A DNA stretch of 64,000 nucleotides from a virus. Its lineage: Duplodnaviria; Caudoviricetes. The notes below the pieces were generated by a model, which had not been told where the DNA came from, did no database searches, and was given only the letters and a program-made list of their open reading frames with translations. Positions 1 to 10,751 of the stretch are shown one piece after another. The translations under genes were made by a program, and so were the position numbers. Within the stretch, counting starts at the first letter, position 1. Each line of letters begins with the position of its first letter. The stretch lies in IMG/VR virus record IMGVR_UViG_3300031784_000003; one strand, written 5' to 3'.

Positions 1-2
1 AA

Positions 3-638
3 TCAATAGAAAATGGTTCACCTATACATAGGGGAACGGGTGCAGAACCTGGAGTATATAAAGATTTAGGGTTTTTATTTGATGATGTTTTTTGTAGGAC
101 AAATAGGTTTATAAATAGTTTTTTCAGAATATCTTTATACGATAAACCTTATAGTGGGCAAAATAAACTATTAAGTTTTTATGATGTCTATACTCAGGTA
201 GGTAATGATCAGGAAAATTCTTTTGGGTTTACATTACCTATAGAATCTTGTCCGATAACATTCACTTTGGGTGATCCTGTCACACAACCTGATAAAGTTA
301 ATGAAGGATTTCAAATATATTGGTTTAAAGATTTAGTTGATAATGCTCCTAATAAAGAATATGACCTTTATGCCGTTTTACAGTTTAATAATGCAGGTAA
401 TGGTAAGACATATGATATGGCGGCATCAAAAGCCATTAACCCTAATAATATAACAGTTTCTAATTTAGAAGGTAATCAAGGATTATTATATTTAAGAATA
501 ACTTTAAAAAATGATAATGGTGTTTACAAATATATGTTTAAACCAAATTCAAAACAGATTCAATTACCACCAGGGGTTAATTTAAATCCTTCAAACGGAG
601 GGATACCTACATTAACTTTTTGGCAAATAACTCCTTAG
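3..638 (+). CDS. Probable virion structural protein, 5'-truncated
   Basis: Frame is open from position 3 (SIENGSPIHRG...) to TAG at 638, so the TTG start at 267 is not the true start; lies in the structural gene run. Confidence 0.6.
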   Translation, partial: SIENGSPIHRGTGAEPGVYKDLGFLFDDVFCRTNRFINSFFRISLYDKPYSGQNKLLSFYDVYTQVGNDQENSFGFTLPIESCPITFTLGDPVTQPDKVNEGFQIYWFKDLVDNAPNKEYDLYAVLQFNNAGNGKTYDMAASKAINPNNITVSNLEGNQGLLYLRITLKNDNGVYKYMFKPNSKQIQLPPGVNLNPSNGGIPTLTFWQITP

Positions 639-651
639 AATATTTATTAAT

Positions 652-1527
652 ATGGAAATAATTAGAAAAAAAAGGAATTTAGAGAATTATACTGTAAGAA
701 GTATACCTAAAAGTGTTTTAAAAAAAGACGCTGATGGTAAAACTGTTATAGATGAAACAAACCCTAAATATTATTATGGTAAAATTCCTGATTATAAAAT
801 AGATAAAGAAGGTAATTTTATTTTAAATTCTTTTGGGCAAAAAATTGTTAATACTATTGATGTCGACTTGTTTTTGACACAAGATATTGATGATATGGGA
901 TTATTTAGTGATCAAAGTTATATACCTAAAACACCACTTTTAAATAATAAACCTTTAGGGTTTAATTCTTTTGAGTATGGTAGATTGGCTGGTGCACCAC
1001 TTAACTTCTATTTTAGTAATGTAGCAACAATTACGGGGACTACCGATGATGGTTTTTTAAAACAGGTTAAATCTTATAGAAAAGATTCATCTGGTAATGA
1101 TATATACGTTCCTAATTTAAATGTATCACAAGACCCTAAAAATATTTTTGATGGGGTTTTAACGGATAGTTCTACATTCACAACTTATAAAATTGGTGCG
1201 AATGTAAATAACATCCCAAATACAGGGGTTTTATTCACTACATATAAAAATGATTTTGTGAAAACAATTGACGAATTTGGTAAATCTATTACATATAATA
1301 AGACAGAATTTAAGGCATCAAACGGTGGATGGAATCAATATAACACATCTTTAAGTGCGAATATAAAAAAAGAAGAATTTTTAGGTGTAGTTTTTAAACC
1401 AGAAGTTAAGAGTGTAGTATTTATAAATAGAGGTATTGCTGATATATTTGAAAGACACGCAATATTATCTGAAATAAAAACAACTAATGATATTGACACA
1501 AATAGGGGTGGATTTATAAGAATATAA
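652..1527 (+). CDS. Putative virion/baseplate protein
   Basis: 291-aa ORF with ATATTTAT motif upstream, co-oriented with baseplate genes. Confidence 0.5.
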   Translation: MEIIRKKRNLENYTVRSIPKSVLKKDADGKTVIDETNPKYYYGKIPDYKIDKEGNFILNSFGQKIVNTIDVDLFLTQDIDDMGLFSDQSYIPKTPLLNNKPLGFNSFEYGRLAGAPLNFYFSNVATITGTTDDGFLKQVKSYRKDSSGNDIYVPNLNVSQDPKNIFDGVLTDSSTFTTYKIGANVNNIPNTGVLFTTYKNDFVKTIDEFGKSITYNKTEFKASNGGWNQYNTSLSANIKKEEFLGVVFKPEVKSVVFINRGIADIFERHAILSEIKTTNDIDTNRGGFIRI

Positions 1528-1537
1528 AAATAAAGTT

Positions 1538-2440
1538 ATGGCAACAGGAAATTACGGAACAATAAGACCAGCAGATGTATCAACACAGGATATAGAAATT
1601 TTTTACAGTTTCACACCAAATAGAGAATCGGTAACTGAAGTAGATTTACAACCTTTAGATCCTGCTCAAGTTTTGGTACCAGCAGCTAATCCTGATAATG
1701 TGAATGAAATATTTGGTGGTTTATATACGTTAAAATTACCTACTTCAGTATTTGGAACAAAGGGATTTTATAGTATAATAATTAGACCAAAACAAATAAG
1801 AGCGACAATTCAAGATTGTTCGATTTTAATTGATAATCAAGATGTAAAAGGTATTGTTTTCGATATCAATCAGATTCCTTTAGAATTACAAAATAGATTT
1901 GAAAATGGTAATCTTGTTGGTTATAGGATTGAATATTTAAAAGAACAAAGTGGTACTGGACAGGATAAAATACAAAATTTATTTAGAATTATAACATCAA
2001 ATAACAGGGCATTACCAATAACTCAAAATCAAGGTAATTCTAATGCGTCGCAAGCGTATACGTTTAATGATAATTCTACAAGTGTTTTTTGTACGGTTAC
2101 ACCCGCATCAGCACCTTCATTTAAACCTAACGCAACACCGTTTATTGGTAACCCACAACAAGAAGTTATAATAACAAATACGTTTTTTAATCCAGTTATG
2201 TTGGAAATAGAAATGGTAGAGTATGATGAAGAAACTTTAGCATATGCATTATTCTCCAACCAAACAAAATCTTTAGAAGATGGTATTTATACTATATACA
2301 ATTTCGGTAATGAAATTTATAGACAATACAATTTATATGAAGTTAAAGATCAATTTAGTGGTAAACCATTGTTTGAAGTTAGGGAACAAAAATTTACTAT
2401 TGATCCTACAAAAGATTTTGATGACATAACTAATTTTTAA
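1538..2440 (+). CDS. Putative virion/baseplate protein
   Basis: 300-aa beta-rich ORF in structural operon; function from context only. Confidence 0.5.
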   Translation: MATGNYGTIRPADVSTQDIEIFYSFTPNRESVTEVDLQPLDPAQVLVPAANPDNVNEIFGGLYTLKLPTSVFGTKGFYSIIIRPKQIRATIQDCSILIDNQDVKGIVFDINQIPLELQNRFENGNLVGYRIEYLKEQSGTGQDKIQNLFRIITSNNRALPITQNQGNSNASQAYTFNDNSTSVFCTVTPASAPSFKPNATPFIGNPQQEVIITNTFFNPVMLEIEMVEYDEETLAYALFSNQTKSLEDGIYTIYNFGNEIYRQYNLYEVKDQFSGKPLFEVREQKFTIDPTKDFDDITNF

Positions 2441-2447
2441 AACGTAA

Positions 2448-5400
2448 ATGGCAAATAAAAGAATAAAAGTAGCAGGTTACGCCCAAAGAATATTTTTCAA
2501 TGATAACATTGAATATAGGGATTTTAGTCCTGATTTAGTAGGATTACAACTTACTAGTGATGGAGGGACTACTCTATTTACTAATGGTAACTTTACAATA
2601 TCGACAAATTTAGATCCTAAACCTGATACGTTATTTATACAGGGTAAGAAATCTAAATTTTTTACGTTAGAAGATATTGTAGAGTCTGATACACCACAGT
2701 TAGAGATTCAAAAAAATATAAAAACTAAATTAAATATAGATTTAACAAATCCGTTAAGTTATATTTGGTATGGTTCTGCGAAAGAAATGGTAAAGGCTTC
2801 TTTAATTGAAATACAAGAAAAATGGCCTGCAGCGATTTATGTGGATAATAAAGTAGGTAGTGTTACTGGAAACAATATCACTAACTATGTTTATGATATA
2901 GAATCCGATGAATCTACATTTACGGTTAATAGTAATTACTTTATTAACCCTTACGGTATTAAATACACTATTGATGCTCAATATGTGGGTAATAACGATA
3001 GTGCAAATCCTTTAAGAAATTTTACTTTAAATTATGGTTCATATTTAATTGAACATAATGGAATTAGTAAAAAAATTAAAAGTATAACGCCTTCCACTCA
3101 AAAAACTAATTCTACTATTGAATTAGTGGTAGAAGGTAACCCATTTCCTGAATTGACAGGTATATACATACCTCAGTTATCATTTTTATTTAATAATGTA
3201 GATGGTTCAATACCATATTTTATTAAACCTAATGAATCGGAAATAGAAAAATTTTTTAGTGGATTAAATGAATTACAGAGTAATTTATTAAATAGAAACA
3301 TATACCCAAAATATAAATCTGAAGTTATTAGTACAAATTATACTGATGATGGTGTATTATTAACATCTAAATCAGTTTTAACTTTTCCTGTTTTAGATGA
3401 TGGATACAATTTAAACTTTTTTGATAGTTTTTATATTGCCTATATCGATCAATTAAATGATTTAGGTAAAGGTTTAGATGATACAAAAACTGATATCATA
3501 GTAAGAAAATATACTACTGAAGCGATATCTAGTTTTGATACTGTCCCTAGAGCGGATGGAAACGACTTAGTTTTAAACGGTGAGAAAGCAACTAAACTAT
3601 TAAGAATTTATGGTGTTGAGTTTGATTACGTTAAAAAATATATAAATGCAATTAAATTTGCACATGTTGTAACATACGATAAGAAGAATAATGTTCCAGA
3701 TACTTTGATAAAAGATTTGGCATTAATGTTAGGTTTTGAACCTATTAATTTTATTGATAGTTCATCTTTAAGTAAATTATTTTTACCTAGTAATGGGTCA
3801 GGTTTATTTAGCGGGACTTCAACAAATCTAACTGAATCAGAGATTGATGTTGAATTATATAGGAGAATAATTTTAAATATTGCTTGGTTATGGAAAAGTA
3901 AAGGTTCTAGAAAAGCAGTAGAATTTTTATTTAGATTTATTGGGGCACCAGAGTCTTTGGCAAATTTCAATGAATATGTGGTAATTGTCGATAAACCATT
4001 AGATATGGTAGAGATTAAAAAACTTTTATATCTATATACTGGTGACGTAAATTTAGATAATATACCATACGATGAAAACGGTTTTCCGTTACCACCTATT
4101 AATGGAGATATTGTAATATCAAATTATATTGATCCAGAAACTGGAGAAATAGTAGAGAATGATTTTACAGAAATGTACTTCCAAAAAGGGGGTGGTTGGT
4201 ATAGAGAGACTTATGGGTCTAATAGTCCTATTGTTTTAAATGGTAATAATCCACATGTGGGAAAATATGATGGCGGTAATGAATATTTACAATACTTTAG
4301 TAGGTGTTTCATACCTAATTTTGATAATGAACCTACAGTAACTTTAACTGCAAAAACATTAGTACAAAATTATTTTATTAATTATAATTATGGTATTTTT
4401 AATGGTATTAATGATAATTCTGAGATATTTACTAACCAATTAACATTTAACGCACTTACCAATAGTTATCAACCAATTAATGAATGTTTAAACGTTAATT
4501 ATTCGATAATAGAAACACCATTACAAAATGATGGTAAAACTACATTACAACAAGCGTTTTCTGGGGCACAGGCAGAGTATAATAGATACTTACAACTGAT
4601 TAAAGAAAATAGTTATTTACAATATTCACCTGAATGGGAAACAATAAAAAATAATTATGAATTATCTTTAAAAAATTGTTTAAATGAAATATCAACAGAA
4701 AACTGTGATATTAACAAAACATTAGAAATATGTTTATCTGAGAACCCAAAAGATCTTGTGGTATATAGTTGTAATAATTTAAATTTAGAAAATGCTTCCC
4801 CTTTTATATATTACACTAATAGTGATGGTGTAAAAGTATCTTTTGACGAATTCCCATCATGTTGTGCATCACAGGACGCAAAATATGTTTCATATGTAAA
4901 TGAATATGGTAGACAAACAGAATATTGTTCTAGTTTAGCACCTTGTGTTGGTAACCCTATTTCAACTTTACCTAACGGTGTTATAGAATTTGAAATGGTT
5001 AACAACACCACACCAAAAGATATAATACAAATAGAAACTAGGTGTTTTCAATATATTAATACTACCATTAGTTTTGAAGATTTTAGTGCTCGAGTTGATG
5101 CAACATCATATGTTAGCGATTTTTGTTTAGGCTTTGTTGATAGGGAGTTTACTTACCAATATGGTTATGGTCGCACTAATTGTGGAACATATTTTAAAGA
5201 AGTTACTTGTAATAGTACATCGATTGTTAGTAGTCCTGAATGTTGTGCTTGGTATGGGTATGGTTTTGAAATAATTGAACAAGGGGATTATAAATTTATT
5301 GTTTGTAAAGAAAAAAATCAACTTACTACCCCTGGACCTAGAAGAACAGGTATTGGTACAAAATATTATAATGAATATACCCTACCTATAATAGATTTTT

Positions 5401-8400
5401 CAGTAAATAGTAGTTATTATAATTTACAAAACCCAATAGGGGATGTATACAATTATTACTCAACGGAGATTTTTTGGGACAATTTTAATAAGGCAAGAAT
5501 AGTTAAGGAAGTTGTTCCAGGATCAAAATCATTATCTCTGCAACCATCATCTGTATTACAGGATCCTTCCCTTATGACACCATCAAATTGGAAGGTAGAT
5601 TCTATTGATGAATATGGTAGAGTTAGTTTTACACCAAAAACTTTTACTGATAATTTTATATTAGATTGGTATAGTTCTGACTTATTAAGTGATTTATATA
5701 AGACAGTTGCCACATATTATGGTTATAAGTTTAGTAAATTTACTTTTGATTATAATAATAATGTTTTAGTGCCTTTTGTGGGTGATAATTTATATAGTGA
5801 TAGACCTAATTCTGTAATCACTGCGGCAGTGGATTCTAATAGAGTAGCTTGTGGTGATGTAAATAGTGTTGCGGTAGTATTCGCTAGTGAAAAATGGAAA
5901 GGGTTTAATTTACCTAAATTAGATGATTGTAGTTGCACTATAGACTTCTCTTTTGATTACATGTTAAAATATGATGTGAATAACTTAACTAGATGTGCTA
6001 GTGGAATAAGTTGTTATCCTGCATTTATTTACGACAATACTATTGATAACATCAATTGCCTAAATTTTGTTGCATTTACTAATAACGCTAATACGTCAGT
6101 TAATTTACAAAGAAATTTTAATGATTCAACCTTTGTTACCGAAGAATATGTTTTATGGCAAAATTCTACTATATTAGAACCTAATGTAGAGTGTTGTAAG
6201 GCAGTTACAGGTAATGTGGTTGCGTTTAGAGAATGGGCTGAGTCTAATCAGACATGGGTTAAAAAAATAGAGGATACATACATTGCGATTTATCAACGAA
6301 ATACTTCTGTTTTAAATTCTTTAGATTTTGACTATACACCTATATATAATCAGGCAATTAAATATTTTGATTTAAAAAGTATATTTTATGATTCGTTACC
6401 TTATGCGGTAATTTCAGAAGGTGTAGGTGGTTTTGACGGTTCAGGAAAAGAATGTTTTACTCCTGATTTTACGGAAGAACCTTGTAATATACTATATGAG
6501 AATTATATAACTACACAAAATGTATGTTCATTAAATATGCCATTAGAATGTGGTTTATGGAGTAAATTATATGGTGATTATGAAAAATTATCTAGTGAGG
6601 TAACTAGATTAATTGAAGAGTATAATACTAACATTGCAGATTGTGGTGGTACCACTTACAATCAAGTTGTACCTTATTCCTATGAATCTGTTTCACCATC
6701 TGAAAGTAATTACGTTCCCCCAATGGCAGAAATGGTTGTGGTTGATAAAGAAAGGACTTTAAATAGTTTAGAAACTCAGAAAGTAGAACAAATTGCAATT
6801 TTAAGGGCGGATGAAGTAACTTTGACTTCTAATATAAATGATCTTAAAAATACTATTGGGGAAAAAGAATCTACCAACATTGTAATAAGAAAAGCATTAA
6901 CAAGTGTTAATTCGGATTTAGATTGTAGCATATATGAAGTTAGTATAAAAGAGATTGATAATTTTAATTATAAAGAATATTGTAACACTATTATTTATAA
7001 CGGAGGTATTAATGATGGATCTAAAAATGTAGATTATAATAATTGTGTTTCTACTAAAACTATTGAAAATAGTGAACAAAAATTAGTATATTCTGAGTTA
7101 TTAAATTCTTGTATTTTAAAAAACCAACTTAATAGTCAATTAGTAAATTCTAAATTTGAAAATAATCAAGTATTAACTACGACATTAGAAAATCAAATTC
7201 AACAATTAAATGTAAAAATTAATGAATTAACTACTAATGCTAATAGTGTTATCGCAGTAAATGAGTCTTACCAAAATTCTAAATTATTAGAAAATGATAC
7301 TCAAAATACTATTAACGTTGTTTCAGAAATATTGAACGTAAGTCCTCAAAGTATAACAGACAGTAGTGGTAATTTAGTTATTTCTGATTCACAAAAATTA
7401 AAATTAAATGTAGAATTAACTAAAAATGAGTCACAAATATCTGGATTAAATAGAGATGTTCAAAATTATTTTGATTCTTTAAATGAAAATATACAGAATC
7501 AAAAATATATAGAGTATGGTACTAATTTTATTCAAAACGATTTAAAGACTAATATTAATAATATTAATTTGGTTGATCCACCAATAACTCAACCAACTAC
7601 TCAAAGAATAGGTATATCTCCTACCACAGATAATAAAATCTCGAATATGGATTATAATCAATATACGGGAGAGTTTAACAATCTTACTTGGGTTAAACCT
7701 GATTATAACCCAATAACGGAAGAGTTTATTCCAGTTAGAACGGATTATAATCAATTTATTACTGAAGATTTAATTCCGACTAAACCTATTAATAATGGGT
7801 TTGACGCCTCTATAGGGGGAGAGTACAATAAAACTGAAGAAGTTGCTCAAGTAGTTAATGTTGGTACAGGTAATTTTTCAGATTGTTGTTTAGCATACTT
7901 AAAACTTAAAGAAAACAATACAATACAGGTTTTAAATGATATTTTACTTGATGTACAAGAAAGTATTAATTTTATTAAAACAAATGTGTATAATGCGTAT
8001 AATAGATGGAATGATACCTTAGAAAATAGTTATGAAAATTATATTGAAAGTAGTACAAATTATTTAAAATATATCGATGATTTAAAAATCAATTTTAAAT
8101 TATTTGTTGATAATAATAATATTGATGTGAATAATAGTATAGACACATCTTTAACTTATTTACCATACACTCAATCAATAAATCCTATATGGGAATTTAA
8201 TCCATCAGAAGGATATAGTGGTATTTTATTAGAAGGTGATGAACAAAGTTTGGCGTTAGTTGAAGAATCTATTTTTGATACGTTATCGTCTAAAAATATT
8301 AATTACAATTCTAATTTGTTTGAACCAGATTGGAAGACGTTTAATTTTACTATACCTGAATGTGTGTGTGACGATTTAAGAAGATTATATCCTAACAAAG

Positions 8401-10706
8401 ATTTTTATTTTAGTATTGAGATAGAAAATTATGAATGTGATGTGTGTTTATTAGTTGACAATATAATGGTAAACGTATCTGATTGTAAAACAGATAGGAT
8501 AGTTTCGATTAATAATTGTTTAATACCACAATTAAGTTGTGTAATAGATAACAAAAAATCTTGGGTGTATTATGAAGATGGTGTAGTTAAAGAAACCGTT
8601 TATCCTAATGGTGAATGTAATGGTGAATCCATTACTAATTTTGAGGTGGTTAAAATAAATGCACCACAAGAAAGACTATGGACAGATTTAGAATATAGAT
8701 ATACTAATTATGATAACTATCATTCAGATTTATTATTAAATGTTAAAAATACAACTTTTAGTATTGATCCTGCAAAATCTATAGAATGTGACGTATTTAA
8801 TTTTTGGAGAAATATTGATTGTGATAATTGTCCTACATCTAATAATTGCGATTCAGACAATTATATATTCCAAACCGCTGAAGATTATTTGTTTATGGAA
8901 GGTGACGATTACATCTTTCAAGATCAAATTATAACATATAGTAATTTTAATGATACATTAGATGTAACAGGAACTTCATTTAATTATAATTTAAATTTAG
9001 GTAATGCAACATTTAATAGTTTATCATTTAGTTGTGAAACATATACAAACACATTACAAAATCAAGTAATAGAACTTAAAAATAAGTATTATACATTAAC
9101 TTCTAATTATTCAGATTCATTAAATTCAACTTATTACGATTTATTAGAAAAAGGTGAAACACTTTCTAATTTTTATATAAATAAAAATAATTGTGGTGGG
9201 GATACTTTGGTTCTTAATAACAATAACCAAATTGGTAGTTTGTTTAATCTAATAGTAGAAGATAGTGATGGTACTTTAGGGTTATTTGATGTTTATACAT
9301 ATTCAGGTACACCTACATATAGTGGTGGTTATATACAAGAAATTTTATCTGGTGTAACTGCACAAACATTCAACCAAACAAATAATTTGACTAAAGAATG
9401 TTGTGAATCTATTAACACTTTATTAAATGTTAATGGTATTAATGGTTTAGGATTAGGTAAAAATTATCAATGGGACGAAGAAAATAATTCTTGTAATTGG
9501 TACAAAAATGACGATTGTTCTGATTGTAAAGGGGATTGTGAGTATTGTTCTAAAAGTAAAAGTTGTGTAAGTGGGGTAACTTCTGGTGATACATATAGTG
9601 TTTGTATTAACCCATTAGACTTTTTGGATATCGATACATCAAACATCAACATTAAAGATATTTTTGATGATTTAGTTTTAAGTAATTTGATAGATGCGAA
9701 AAGTAGACAAACAATTAGCGATTACCCATTATTAAGATTATTCTACGAACTTTATTTAAAGGCTAATAATTGTGGTAAAAATTTATCAAATAAATTTACA
9801 TATGACAGTATGTTTGAATTTATGGATAAAATAGGTGACTACTGGTTAGATTTAATTGAACAAGTAGTTCCTGCAACTACAATATGGGAAGGTTGTGATA
9901 ATTCAGGTAAAATTTATAGGAATACTATATTCGATCAAAATAAATTTAAATATAAAAAATCTAGTTTAAATTTTGTAGATGCCACAGTAGTTTGTCCTTT
10001 AAGTGCACAAACAGAATATAGTATTGGTTCAAAAACTATTCATTCTTTAGTTGAACAAAAACCAATATACCCTACTAATCCTGAAATTGAGAATTTAAAA
10101 AAACGAATAAAATTTGAAAATATTCGTATCAATAATAATATTAGGGCGTTAAAAAACTATGAAAAAGTATTATGTTCGTTAAAATTAAAAGATGTTGACA
10201 CACCAAATTTAAATAATCAAATACGACTATTAAATAATCAAATACAACTATTAAATAATTCGATAAAAGCTTTAAATAGTAAAGTACTTGGGTTGACATC
10301 TCAATTGGGTACTTTGGAAACAAAATATAAAGAACAACAAAATAATTTTGATAAAAATTTTATGAGTTGTAGTGGTTTATCAGAAACTTTAAAAACTGCG
10401 GAAGATAATTTAACTAATTATGTCCCTGGCACAACATCGTATGAAAGACAAAGAAATTTTATAGCATCGATTAAGGATAAATATTATAGATGTGTTAGAA
10501 AATCAAATGTATTAGTAACTGATTATAACACTGTTTTTATAACTCAAATTTATGATACTAATGAATATGAAGGTAATGTTACTATAATAGGTGATGATGA
10601 TTGGGTTGACGGTGGACCTTTTAATAATAAAGAGTTAATTCATAACTGTGAGTCGTCTTGGGAAAGAGCTAGAAACTATTGGGATTACTTTTACAACAGA
10701 TCTTAA
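2448..10706 (+). CDS. Giant Cys-rich baseplate wedge/tail protein (2752 aa)
   Basis: ELYRRIILNIAWLWKSKGSRKAVEFLFRFIG resembles the P2 gpI/T4 gp7-type wedge signature; coiled-coil stretches; many CC pairs. Confidence 0.6.
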   Translation: MANKRIKVAGYAQRIFFNDNIEYRDFSPDLVGLQLTSDGGTTLFTNGNFTISTNLDPKPDTLFIQGKKSKFFTLEDIVESDTPQLEIQKNIKTKLNIDLTNPLSYIWYGSAKEMVKASLIEIQEKWPAAIYVDNKVGSVTGNNITNYVYDIESDESTFTVNSNYFINPYGIKYTIDAQYVGNNDSANPLRNFTLNYGSYLIEHNGISKKIKSITPSTQKTNSTIELVVEGNPFPELTGIYIPQLSFLFNNVDGSIPYFIKPNESEIEKFFSGLNELQSNLLNRNIYPKYKSEVISTNYTDDGVLLTSKSVLTFPVLDDGYNLNFFDSFYIAYIDQLNDLGKGLDDTKTDIIVRKYTTEAISSFDTVPRADGNDLVLNGEKATKLLRIYGVEFDYVKKYINAIKFAHVVTYDKKNNVPDTLIKDLALMLGFEPINFIDSSSLSKLFLPSNGSGLFSGTSTNLTESEIDVELYRRIILNIAWLWKSKGSRKAVEFLFRFIGAPESLANFNEYVVIVDKPLDMVEIKKLLYLYTGDVNLDNIPYDENGFPLPPINGDIVISNYIDPETGEIVENDFTEMYFQKGGGWYRETYGSNSPIVLNGNNPHVGKYDGGNEYLQYFSRCFIPNFDNEPTVTLTAKTLVQNYFINYNYGIFNGINDNSEIFTNQLTFNALTNSYQPINECLNVNYSIIETPLQNDGKTTLQQAFSGAQAEYNRYLQLIKENSYLQYSPEWETIKNNYELSLKNCLNEISTENCDINKTLEICLSENPKDLVVYSCNNLNLENASPFIYYTNSDGVKVSFDEFPSCCASQDAKYVSYVNEYGRQTEYCSSLAPCVGNPISTLPNGVIEFEMVNNTTPKDIIQIETRCFQYINTTISFEDFSARVDATSYVSDFCLGFVDREFTYQYGYGRTNCGTYFKEVTCNSTSIVSSPECCAWYGYGFEIIEQGDYKFIVCKEKNQLTTPGPRRTGIGTKYYNEYTLPIIDFSVNSSYYNLQNPIGDVYNYYSTEIFWDNFNKARIVKEVVPGSKSLSLQPSSVLQDPSLMTPSNWKVDSIDEYGRVSFTPKTFTDNFILDWYSSDLLSDLYKTVATYYGYKFSKFTFDYNNNVLVPFVGDNLYSDRPNSVITAAVDSNRVACGDVNSVAVVFASEKWKGFNLPKLDDCSCTIDFSFDYMLKYDVNNLTRCASGISCYPAFIYDNTIDNINCLNFVAFTNNANTSVNLQRNFNDSTFVTEEYVLWQNSTILEPNVECCKAVTGNVVAFREWAESNQTWVKKIEDTYIAIYQRNTSVLNSLDFDYTPIYNQAIKYFDLKSIFYDSLPYAVISEGVGGFDGSGKECFTPDFTEEPCNILYENYITTQNVCSLNMPLECGLWSKLYGDYEKLSSEVTRLIEEYNTNIADCGGTTYNQVVPYSYESVSPSESNYVPPMAEMVVVDKERTLNSLETQKVEQIAILRADEVTLTSNINDLKNTIGEKESTNIVIRKALTSVNSDLDCSIYEVSIKEIDNFNYKEYCNTIIYNGGINDGSKNVDYNNCVSTKTIENSEQKLVYSELLNSCILKNQLNSQLVNSKFENNQVLTTTLENQIQQLNVKINELTTNANSVIAVNESYQNSKLLENDTQNTINVVSEILNVSPQSITDSSGNLVISDSQKLKLNVELTKNESQISGLNRDVQNYFDSLNENIQNQKYIEYGTNFIQNDLKTNINNINLVDPPITQPTTQRIGISPTTDNKISNMDYNQYTGEFNNLTWVKPDYNPITEEFIPVRTDYNQFITEDLIPTKPINNGFDASIGGEYNKTEEVAQVVNVGTGNFSDCCLAYLKLKENNTIQVLNDILLDVQESINFIKTNVYNAYNRWNDTLENSYENYIESSTNYLKYIDDLKINFKLFVDNNNIDVNNSIDTSLTYLPYTQSINPIWEFNPSEGYSGILLEGDEQSLALVEESIFDTLSSKNINYNSNLFEPDWKTFNFTIPECVCDDLRRLYPNKDFYFSIEIENYECDVCLLVDNIMVNVSDCKTDRIVSINNCLIPQLSCVIDNKKSWVYYEDGVVKETVYPNGECNGESITNFEVVKINAPQERLWTDLEYRYTNYDNYHSDLLLNVKNTTFSIDPAKSIECDVFNFWRNIDCDNCPTSNNCDSDNYIFQTAEDYLFMEGDDYIFQDQIITYSNFNDTLDVTGTSFNYNLNLGNATFNSLSFSCETYTNTLQNQVIELKNKYYTLTSNYSDSLNSTYYDLLEKGETLSNFYINKNNCGGDTLVLNNNNQIGSLFNLIVEDSDGTLGLFDVYTYSGTPTYSGGYIQEILSGVTAQTFNQTNNLTKECCESINTLLNVNGINGLGLGKNYQWDEENNSCNWYKNDDCSDCKGDCEYCSKSKSCVSGVTSGDTYSVCINPLDFLDIDTSNINIKDIFDDLVLSNLIDAKSRQTISDYPLLRLFYELYLKANNCGKNLSNKFTYDSMFEFMDKIGDYWLDLIEQVVPATTIWEGCDNSGKIYRNTIFDQNKFKYKKSSLNFVDATVVCPLSAQTEYSIGSKTIHSLVEQKPIYPTNPEIENLKKRIKFENIRINNNIRALKNYEKVLCSLKLKDVDTPNLNNQIRLLNNQIQLLNNSIKALNSKVLGLTSQLGTLETKYKEQQNNFDKNFMSCSGLSETLKTAEDNLTNYVPGTTSYERQRNFIASIKDKYYRCVRKSNVLVTDYNTVFITQIYDTNEYEGNVTIIGDDDWVDGGPFNNKELIHNCESSWERARNYWDYFYNRS

Positions 10707-10751
10707 ATAATTATTGGTATCAAAATCAATAAAGAGTAATATTTATTAATA

